Assembly (NCBI GenBank): GCA_951406725.2
Contig: OX597820.1
Coordinates: 6,882,001-6,946,000 of the forward strand
Source: Octopus vulgaris
Taxonomy: Eukaryota
Reading direction: 5' to 3'
Length of the DNA: 64,000 nt
Part shown: one piece after another, positions 54,401-64,000 of the stretch
Layout of the letters: each line of letters begins with the position of its first letter
Numbering within the stretch: position 1 is the first letter of the stretch
Position numbers and translations under genes: made by a program
The notes under the pieces: model-generated
Database searches by the model: none
The model's input: the letters and a program-made list of their open reading frames with translations, nothing else
What the model was told of the DNA's origin: nothing

Positions 54401-55149
54401 AGTTCCACTTTCCTTCGTTTATTCACTCACGCGTATATAATACACCTATGTGCATGTATGTTCATATATGCACACACACATATGTATGTATACACAAAAC
54501 ACACACACAGATATATATAGATAAATAGATAGGGAGAGTGAGAGAGATGGATGGATAGATAGATAACACATATATATGCATACATATATGTACACACACA
54601 CACATATTATATTATACATGTTTAGATGTAGAAAGAAGAGAGATTAGTAAAGATAGTTCCCATCAGCTCAAAGAATTGTGTGAATTTGTGTTTTTTATGT
54701 ATGCGTGTTTGTTTCACTATACTTGTGTAGATATGTGTATGAGTGTGCTTGTGTGAGTGTTTGTGTGTACATCTGTGTGTATACATAATTACGCTCTGAC
54801 TCAGCTTACAAAGCGTTTTTATGAACAAGTTCAATAGAATTACAACCTTACCATTTTCCAGAATGGCACCAGATTTAACGAAACTGCATCTCACAGCAGA
54901 AATCTTTCCATTACAAATTCTTCAACCGAGCCCTATTAACATATATTGCATCCTTCTTATAAAAAATATTGTCATTTAATCAAACTATATCGAATTGACT
55001 GTAATTGGTGCCGACAATATTCTTTTCTTTAATGAACTTAGAGAAAACAGGTTAATTGCCCAGAAGCAGAATATCTAATATCTAACCCAACTTTTGAGGC
55101 AATTTGATATTTACATTCAACGATGATGATGATTATGACGTTTATGATG

Positions 55150-55208
<59 letters not shown>

Positions 55209-55445
55209 GTCATCATGCATTGAGGTTAAAATTTCAGTAGATGGGAGCAGTAGTGCCATAATTTTATGGTTAGATTAAAGTCGTCAAACTTAACAGAAAT
55301 CTATGTCATATCAAAACTACATGTTTGTATAGACACAGGTATGTGCATGTACAGTTATGTATTCGTGTAAATATGCATTTGATAATATACATATATATAT
55401 ACACACACGCACATATATATATATATATACATGCAAATATGTGTG

Positions 55446-56577
55446 TGTTAAATAAAATGAAGCAACAAAGCCAAGGCAGTGTGAAATTTCTAAGACATTT
55501 ATTAAGAGAAAGGTAGTCTTACGGTTGTTTCTGGGATATTAGGGATATCCCTTCATTAGAGACGATTTGAGAGGTTTAATTAGAGGGAAATAGAAGAATT
55601 CACCACGATAAGTTATTTTGAAAAAGGAGAGATATCGAAAGTACAAAGGGAATAAAAATATGTATGTGTATGCGTGTTCATCTATCTATATACATATGTA
55701 CATACTTCTATATACATATACGTGCACTCGTGTTCCTATATGTATATATATATATTTATTTCCTACTCTGACTTAGCAGCCCCCACTATCACTTTAGCTA
55801 CTACAATAAATACCTACCTCTGTTTTTAGAAACTTGACCATTATATCTTATTATTCTTCCCTTTACTTTGGAGGTTTACTAATCCTTTTAGTACACCCCA
55901 TAGTACCATTTTCTTTAACTGTCTCCACCTTAGTGCCTTTCAAACATATCACCCCCTCCCCACTCCTCACACATGTTCCTTCTTTACATTCTGATCTCTT
56001 CCTTCTATCCCTTCCCTATTCCTTTTATCTAATGATAGCTCTTCTCTCCCCTCCGTCTCACAATATCCTGACCACCATCTAGCACTCCTTTTTGCCTTTT
56101 CTTTCTTCTTTCCTCCCCTATTTCTTTTGACCAATACTATTCTCTTCCCATCCTATCATATATCTGTTCTCCTCTCTCTATTTACTTAGCCCTCCCAGTA
56201 CTTTCTCAAAATTTCATTCGACCTGAAGACCTCGTTGAATGAACAGCACATCGAATTAATGTCTCCTCACTATCCATTTGTAATAATAAAATATGAACTC
56301 CTATCGGAATTTACATACCATGGACAAGAAGCTTTTCTACTCATTCTAAACAGCACTTTCCTTGGATAATGGAACTGCAACTATAACAACAACATATATA
56401 TCTTTATTTTCTTACTTTCCTTTATTACTCCTGTATTTCTATATTTCCAAAATAACTCGTCTCTGATGAAGAGCTATCCCTCAAATGCCAAGGACAGCTG
56501 TAAGACTACCTTTCTCTTTAAAAATGTCTCAGAAATTTCATACTGCCTTTGCTTTATTGTCTTATTTTATTTAACAT
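55446..56577. mobile_element. About 1.1-kb element with about 120-bp diverged inverted terminal repeats, each carrying a hammerhead motif
   Basis: 55446-55565 vs 56457-56577; consensus gtct-CTGATGA-a-ggga..tccc-a-GAAAC-agct-GTA-agac. Confidence 0.7.
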
Positions 56578-56849
56578 AGACATTCACACACGCGACCAGC
56601 ATTAGACTCCTCAATCCATACTATCATCGAACTGAGAGTAACGACGGTCCTTCCATGGCACTTACATAGCCATACCTGCCATTTTTGGGTCTTCTGGATA
56701 CCTCACACGCATAGATACACACAAACATATACTTTTATTCTTTTACTGGTTACATCCAGAGTCCGAGGCCATGCTGGAGCATCACCTTTCAGTGTTTTGG
56801 GGTCTGTTTTCAATGTTGCTTTGGTGAAGAAGTGAGTTGGAGGAAGTTG

Positions 56850-57515
56850 CTCCTCTTTGTGATCCCTGCCGTGATGTGAACTCATCTGGACTTTCAGATT
56901 AGATAGAAATTTCTCCAGGTGCTAATCGAACGTTTCCTCTTCTATACCTTGCAGATCTCTGAGGGTCCTTGGAAGCGTGTTAAACAGTTGTGGTTCCCTG
57001 AAACCCAAGCTGTTGCAATACCGGGTCCTTATCCGAGATGAAGAAAATGGGATCTTTGGTATTATGCAATGCCGTCTAAACTAATTCCAAAGTTTGGAGC
57101 TAGGCTTTCAAGGATCTTCCATGTGTATATCACTGCAAACCTTTCTTACTTTCTCTCCCAGGGAGTAGAGCCTCAGATCTTGTGACTTCTTACAGGAGTT
57201 CATCTGTTTCACCAAGTCAATCTTCTGTGTGTATTGGCGCTGGATTGTCTCAAGTTAGAATCGGTGCGTGGCCTGGGAATCCACCTGAGTAGCGATGCAA
57301 CATTCGATATGCATATTGCCAGGATGGCAACACTGTGCAGGCGAGTAACTGGGTGGATCCTTAGATCATCCAGAACTAGGAAAACAGGATGCTATGTTAC
57401 TCTTAAGGATGCTATTTTCCTTGGTTGCCTGGATTACTGTTCCCAACTGTGGTCACCGCTGAACGTCAATCTAGAGGCGGAACTTCAAACAATCCAGCGC
57501 CAATACAAGAAGATC
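56850..57515. mobile_element. CR1-clade LINE 3' fragment with 5' inversion
   Basis: Plus 57257-57515: SVRGLGIHLSSDATFDMHI..GWILRS..LDYCSQLWSP..LQTIQR; minus 57256-56850: LYSL..ERFAVIYTWKILE..PN..LFNTLP. Confidence 0.85.
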
Positions 57516-57678
57516 ACTCAACATTGTTTGGTCGTTATCATTCTCATAGGGGTCTGTGGGTACGAATTTTCTATACCAATATTGTTTGGTAAGAAAATGA
57601 GCCAAGATTAAATGCAAGGATATACGGAAATATACTGAAATAACAAGGAATTAAAAATGCGACATTTCATGTGAAACA

Positions 57679-57728
<50 letters not shown>

Positions 57729-57815
57729 TATTAGAGACAAAACCACTATTTTGCAAAACAAACAAGGAAAGACTTAATCAATACATAAAATTTTAATAAA
57801 TAGTCAAAAAAACCG

Positions 57816-57858
57816 CCACTACAATTGTTTCTTGTCTTGATCGACAATCTTCAGGTGG
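57816..57858 (-). ncRNA. Minimal type I hammerhead ribozyme (left arm)
   Basis: Mirror image of 57904-57946. Confidence 0.88.
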
Positions 57859-57903
57859 ACTTCCAATAAGTCAGTTTCAATTTGAAACTGACTTATTGGA
57901 AGT

Positions 57904-57946
57904 CCACCTGAAGATTGTCGATCAAGACAAGAAACAATTGTAGTGG
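57904..57946 (+). ncRNA. Minimal type I hammerhead ribozyme (right arm)
   Basis: ccac-CTGAAGA-ttgtc-gatcaa-gacaa-GAAAC-aatt-GTA-gtgg; helices I, II and III all pair; predicted cut after 57942. Confidence 0.9.
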
Positions 57947-58121
57947 CGGTTTTTTTGACTATTTATTAAAATTTTATGTATTGATTAAGTCTTTCCTTGT
58001 TTGTTTTCCAAAATAGTGGTTTTGTCTCTAATAATATTTTATAATATTTTACTATAAAATTGGATTTAATCCTAAATCTGATTTTTTCCCTGTAAATTTG
58101 GATTTATTCCCTAATATTTAT

Positions 58122-58159
<38 letters not shown>

Positions 58160-58169
58160 TATATAGAAG

Positions 58170-58222
58170 GAGCTTCTACAGGACTAGTACTGTTTCATTC
58201 AAGAGAAATCTTCAGGAAGCTC
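58170..58222 (-). ncRNA. Type I hammerhead ribozyme in fold-back 58155-58286
   Basis: gagcttc-CTGAAGA-tttctcttgaat-GAA-ACAG-tactagtc-CTGT-A-gaagctc; 7-bp helix I, 4-bp helix III with palindromic loop. Confidence 0.85.
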
Positions 58223-58351
58223 TGAGCTTCCTGAAGATTTCTCTTGAATGAAACAGTACTAGTCCTGTATCCTTCTATATAATAAATTAATTTTACTCTG
58301 CTATGTATTGAGTACCTTACTTACTGTGGTTAACCCCGAATCAACCCGGGA

Positions 58352-58403
<52 letters not shown>

Positions 58404-58406
<3 letters not shown>

Positions 58407-58616
58407 CAAAATGTGACCGCGTGTATACCGTTGGCAATTTTTTTCCTCCGTCTTCCTTTCCTTGGATCTTTCCTTTTTCCTATGTTTCTGACGAAGAGCT
58501 TCACTCGAAACGTTAAATCCTCTTTCTTTCTTCCCTTTCCTGAGCGTCGAATAACACTATACTTGTTCCACGTCCTCGCGTTGTTGCGTTTTCTCTTTGT
58601 GTTTTCATGTTTGGAT

Positions 58617-58620
<4 letters not shown>
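58404..58620 (+). mobile_element. Family B TA-embedded element with loop-less hammerhead-like motif
   Basis: ttt-CTGACGA-a-gag-cttca-ctc-GAAAC-GTT-aaa at 58485-58517; shares downstream ttcctgagcgt with family A. Confidence 0.65.
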
Positions 58621-58675
<55 letters not shown>

Positions 58676-58853
58676 TGCTAGATATTAATACCTACCGCGT
58701 GTGATTATGTGTACGATTTGTGTAGCCACGATATTTTAAGTAATGTGGGGCTGAATCAAATTATTATAATACCCAGTTAAATAACTATTAAAGTGCATTG
58801 CATATATTGTTATATCCGTATGCGTGTGTGTAAATCTATGTACATATATCTGA

Positions 58854-58902
<49 letters not shown>

Positions 58903-59329
58903 TATATGTATATATCTATATCTCCCATATATATATATAAATATATATATGTATAAAGAGAGATACGACACATGCACAGACACAATCGTACACACACTCT
59001 ATGATATGTGTGTGTGGGGGGAGTTGAATTAGAGGGAGAAAATGCTTGGAGAATATTATCTACCTGGAGAGGTGTAAGTGATGTCGCTGTATAAGTAATT
59101 TGATTAAACGAATAAGCGAGTGTATTGATTGGTCAGCCGACAAGTAAACACACTGCGAGGAGGGGAGGGTGGAGATGCTTTATACATCAATGATTATATA
59201 CATCTAAATTGACTGATTGATAGATATATATAGATACAACAATAGAAGTGATACTTAGAGAACTGGACCAGCAGCAAGTCTTAACAATAAGCAAGGCAGT
59301 CATATTTTGTGAAATTATATTACACCGAA

Positions 59330-59560
59330 CTAAATGCTTTCTCCAAGACTAAATATGACAACAATGCGGGGATTCTTGCGATGAACAAAAGTAATCTTCG
59401 GAAATGAAAGAGTTGTGAGACCAAAGAATGAGTTCTTCAGAAATGGAAACATAAAGCCTAGAGATTAGAACAAGGTGTATTCTTTTACGAATTCATCATT
59501 TTCTTTGGTTTGGTCAGGTAATGGCTGTGACTTATTAAAGAACCAGTGACCGTCCAACGA
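59330..59560 (+). mobile_element. Possible Tc1-like transposase fragment
   Basis: *NKVYSFTNSSFSLVWSGNG weakly resembles W.KVLFSDESKF.L...DG. Confidence 0.3.
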
Positions 59561-59814
59561 GAGTAAATAATAAAGGGATGAACATATGAAAGACTTTTAT
59601 AGAGATGACCCATTGATTAAACCAACAGGCAACCATTGCGGTCTGTTACAAAAGTTGGTCAATTTGTATTCCCAATTCGTCAATTTACCGGTGCAGTTTT
59701 CACAGTCGTTTCGTGAACCAGACAAATAGATTCTCTGTTTATGTTCGCGATAAGTACACCGGTGCGTCGGTCACAAGGACTAGATTCTTCCTGCATTATT
59801 GAGCACCTGGTTAA

Positions 59815-60020
59815 AGTAGTGAGCTGGCAGAATCCTTAGGGTCGGTCACAATGTGCAGCGGTATTTCTTCAGCATCTTTACGTTCTGTGTTCAAATTCCG
59901 CTGAGCTCCACTATGCCTTTCATACTTACAAAGGTCGATAATGCAAAGTACAAATTGAACATTATGGTCGCTGTAATCGATAAAAAACACTGCCCTCAAA
60001 ATTTGTAGCCGTGTACCTAA
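59815..60020 (+). mobile_element. SINE S1, degenerate copy
   Basis: gagctggcagaatc..gttcaaattccgc. Confidence 0.7.
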
Positions 60021-60582
60021 ATCAACCTGGTTGGGTATACCGCTGTCATTTGTACCTTTAATCATAAATCTTCAAATATAAACAGCATGATACTCTGTGT
60101 ATGTACATGAAAGAGAGAGTCACAGAGAGAGGGGTGGAGAAGGGAGGTAATTAAGGACCCTCTCTTAGTCTAACAAATTTCAGTTATTTTTTAGTATTAA
60201 ATTACGATTTATAAAACAAAGTATTTCCTTTGTCCAATTACTGTAACAATTTTTAAATTACAGGTATAGCGTATCTGTTGTTAGCGGTTCAATATCGATC
60301 TACAGTGGAAATTAAATACAAACACTCAGGCAGGATGAATGTGAAGCATTGTGTCATATGAGGGGAGAGTCATTAAAATTACGGCTCAAAACATTTCCGT
60401 TTACGAGGTAAATGGATGAGCTTTATATAAAAACTGGTAAACCAAACAGAACCGAAACCGACGGGGTTTTAACATATACACTCCCTCATGCATATGAATA
60501 TACATATATGCATGTAACCTTTGCCGGTTAAATTCTGTGTGTGTGCGTCCATGCACACACTCCATGCTTGCATACACATTTA

Positions 60583-60621
<39 letters not shown>

Positions 60622-61106
60622 GATGATTTTATTTTGTGCTTACGAAAGAAAAATATACTCAATTCATAAACAAGTCGAACCTGTCAAACAGTTGGGCCGT
60701 CGGCGACTAAACTAGCGAGCTTACTAAGGCTATTTAGTAATAAGGGTGGTTTTCAATGGACACCCCACAGGAAGAAAAGTAAAACCTATGAAATGGCCTG
60801 GGCCAGGAGAACCCAGCAAAGTCAACGGCCGCCCCTCAACAGCAGGAACTCAGAGGCCCCTAAACTTTCATTAGACAACTCTCCAGAAAGAAAATTCTGA
60901 TGTAACGCCTGTGTGTTCTCTTGCATCCAGCAATATGAATCTATAAACTTGATATAGAAGCAGATGGTTTGGAAGCTACTAGACTTAATTATCGTCTGCC
61001 TCAATGATTTCCAGCTGACCTCGACAGACGTACATACTTATCATATCTGTACCAAACCACTATGGCTGGCAAGTAATGTTTTACACTTGGCAGAAGTTTT
61101 GATGAG

Positions 61107-61279
61107 TGTCACTACACACATTTTTATTCTCTCCTTGTTTTCTTTCTGTATCCCTTTCTGTAGAAGAGCGTAGGCTCGAAACGTAAAAGACTTTTTCTAT
61201 TCCTGAGCGTTAGACTAATACATCTGTTTGTTTTGTACATCACCTGTCTTCGTCTTTTGTTTTTTTCATATACCCTCCC
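61107..61279 (+). mobile_element. Family A element, copy 4 (motif on plus strand at 61154-61189)
   Basis: cttt-CTGTAGA-a-gagc-gtag-gctc-GAAAC-GTA-aaag. Confidence 0.75.
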
Positions 61280-62149
61280 TATGTATGTATGTATGTATGT
61301 ATGTATCTATGCATGCATGTATGTATGTATTTGTGTATGTGGGTATGTCAGTATAACCATGCCACACATATCATTGCGCATACACATCCATATTCAAATA
61401 TTCTGTGTATTTATGTACAACTCTATGTATACATGTGTAATATACGCGCGCGCACGCACACATATATTATTCTTAAACAAGGATACAACTGACAGGGACT
61501 TCGAAGTTTCAGAATAATATATTCGTACTCTAACATGAGCATAGAGCAACCTATAGGAATTTTTTTTTTTTTGTAACTGAACATAATAAACATTAATATT
61601 TATACACACACACACATATATATATATATAGATATACATACATATGTATATATGTATACATATATACATGTGTGTTTGTGTACGTATATGTATACAAACA
61701 TATGTTCAGAGAGAGATAAAAGACAAAGAGGGGAACAGAGAGAGGGAGAAAATATGGAGAAGAAAAGGAGAGCAAAACAGGAGAGTAATGCAAGCATATT
61801 TCTTTCATTTATTTATTTCTATTCTTCTGCATATTTAAGAATAACTGAAATATATTTTTACTGAAAATTTGAATATTCTACATACTCAAACATATATGCG
61901 CATATACACACATTACATCAGACATACACACATACACATTACATTTCTTCTCACACATACATCCGCTCAGTTGTCTGAAATATATACATAACTATCCTGA
62001 AGAAAAAATAATTGTATATAAATAAGTTTTTTAATTCTTAAAATAGTAATGTTGCAGCGTTGTACAAATATATTTTTTTAACACTTCCATACACGCACTC
62101 ACACATACACAAGTTATCAGCGTAAGCTGCGTACATTTGTTTGTGTGAG

Positions 62150-62248
62150 AATGTACAATTATATATATATATATATATATATATGTGCATGTAAATATAC
62201 ATAGTTATGTATATATATATATATATATGTGCATGTAAATATACATAG

Positions 62249-62288
<40 letters not shown>

Positions 62289-62387
62289 GCATGTAAATAT
62301 ACATAGTTATATATATATATATGTATTTATATATATATATATATATGTATGTAAATATACATAGTTATATATATATATGTATTTATA

Positions 62388-62428
<41 letters not shown>

Positions 62429-62486
62429 GCATGTAAATATACATAGTTATATATATATATATATAGTTATATATATGCATGTATAC

Positions 62487-62517
<31 letters not shown>

Positions 62518-62707
62518 TGGATATAAATAAACATAGTTATATATATGTATGTATGCATATATATGTACATGCATATATAAATATATACATACATACATAT
62601 ATGTATGTATATATATATATATATATATATGGATATAAATAAACAGTTATATATATGCATGTATGCATATATATGTACATGCATATATAAATATATACAT
62701 ACATACA

Positions 62708-62738
<31 letters not shown>

Positions 62739-62740
62739 TA
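62150..62740. repeat. TA-rich minisatellite (gtgcatgtaaatatacatagttat(at)n units)
   Basis: Unit recurs at about 62185, 62230, 62288, 62348 and 62427. Confidence 0.8.
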
Positions 62741-63021
62741 TTCAGAGAGAAGAGACAGTGTGTAATGGTTAATACGTACAGCTACCAAGCCATATCTATG
62801 TGTAATTGTCGGTTCCATCTAAAGAATGTTCAAATTCACAGTATTACTCAGATATCAATATTCACAGATCGAAGATATGCTCTATGTAAATATCCTTAGA
62901 TCTAAAATCAGAAGTCTCTATGATTTTTACTTATTTATTTATTGCTATTTTTAATTTTTATATTTCCGAATGATGTCCAATTCTTCAACCTCACTGACTT
63001 CGAGACTCAAGCTCACACACC

Positions 63022-63063
<42 letters not shown>

Positions 63064-63133
63064 CATATTGCCATAGATTTATACATAGACACATGTATAT
63101 TGACGTACGTATATGCATACACACAAATACAGA

Positions 63134-63179
<46 letters not shown>

Positions 63180-63523
63180 AATGCACACACACGTGTGTGT
63201 GTGTATGTATGTATTCTTACATATAGACTCATATGCATATATTAGAGAGATAGATAGCTAGATCGATACATGCATATGTATCACTCATTTGTTACAGGTC
63301 ATGCTGGAGCACAGTCGTCAGTGGTTTTAATGGATTTTATCAATCTCCTATCTTATTTCGTTCTAGAACTCATTTTATTAATCTATATCATATCTAATAT
63401 AATTTTGGTTTAAAACGCCTTTTGTCGGCATATACTACTCTAACTGTATATACATACATACATACATACATACATACATACATACATACATACATACATA
63501 CATACATACATACAGATATACAT

Positions 63524-63847
63524 AGGGGCACTCCGTCGGTTACGACGTTGAGGGTCCCAGTTGATCCGATCAGCGGAACAGTCAGCTGGTGTAATTAACG
63601 TGCAAGTGGCTGAGCACTCCACAGGCACGTGTACCCTAAAAATAGTTCTCAGGGAGATTCAGCGTTACACAGAGTGTGCAAAGGCTACCCCACTTTGAAT
63701 TACAGGTACTACACATTTGTTTTACCTGAGTGGACTGGAGCAATTTTAAATTAAGTGTCTTGCTCAAGGACACAACGCGTCGCCGCGAATTTGAACTCAC
63801 AATCTAACGATCGTGATCCGAATGCCCTAACCACTAAGCCACGCGCT
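63524..63847 (-). mobile_element. tRNA-headed SINE family S3 with (TACA)n at its 3' end
   Basis: Minus head gcgtggcttagtggttagg..gagttcaaattc followed by ccttgagcaagacactt core. Confidence 0.85.
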
Positions 63848-64000
63848 TTCACATACATACTTATATACATTTGTAAGCGTTCAGTATTCAAGTGAATCAG
63901 GTACTTAAATACTAAAGCACCAAGTTCGGGCCAAGGAAATGTATATTGTGTACAAATCAAAATGAGCGGAACATACAAGCGCCCGCTTCAGTATACAACG

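Larger units (their letters stand above)
57719..58125. mobile_element. Near-perfect 325-bp palindrome (57719-58043) plus one-sided tail, in (TA)n
   Basis: Centre at 57881; 162-bp arms with one mismatch seen. Confidence 0.93.

Noticed and set aside
60680-61060. Possible RTE 5' UTR/endonuclease start
   Set aside because: Similarity too weak to call without a database search

Overview
AT-rich, microsatellite-saturated eukaryotic non-coding DNA with no convincing host protein-coding exon. The repeat make-up (tRNA-headed SINEs; RTE, CR1, R4/Dong and Tx1 LINE debris; mariner; Penelope-like elements) resembles a cephalopod (octopus-type) genome, but that assignment is inference. Almost all ORFs in the supplied track are translated (TA)n/(CA)n/(GATA)n repeats. 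The most notable signal is a set of about ten short non-coding elements, mostly unrelated in sequence, that sit inside (TA)n arrays. Most are fold-back (inverted-repeat) structures with a one-sided tail, and many carry type I hammerhead ribozyme (HHR) motifs. These include canonical copies (57816-57946, 58170-58222, 32635-32720), core variants (CUGUAGA, CCGACGA, UUGAAAA) and one arm with a 5-nt deletion exactly at the predicted cleavage site. Two decayed protein-coding Penelope-like elements (one RT + GIY-YIG, one GIY-YIG end) are candidate relatives of the mobiliser. Retroelement classes appear to partition by microsatellite type. All motif and protein calls were made by eye, and coordinates of decayed elements are approximate.
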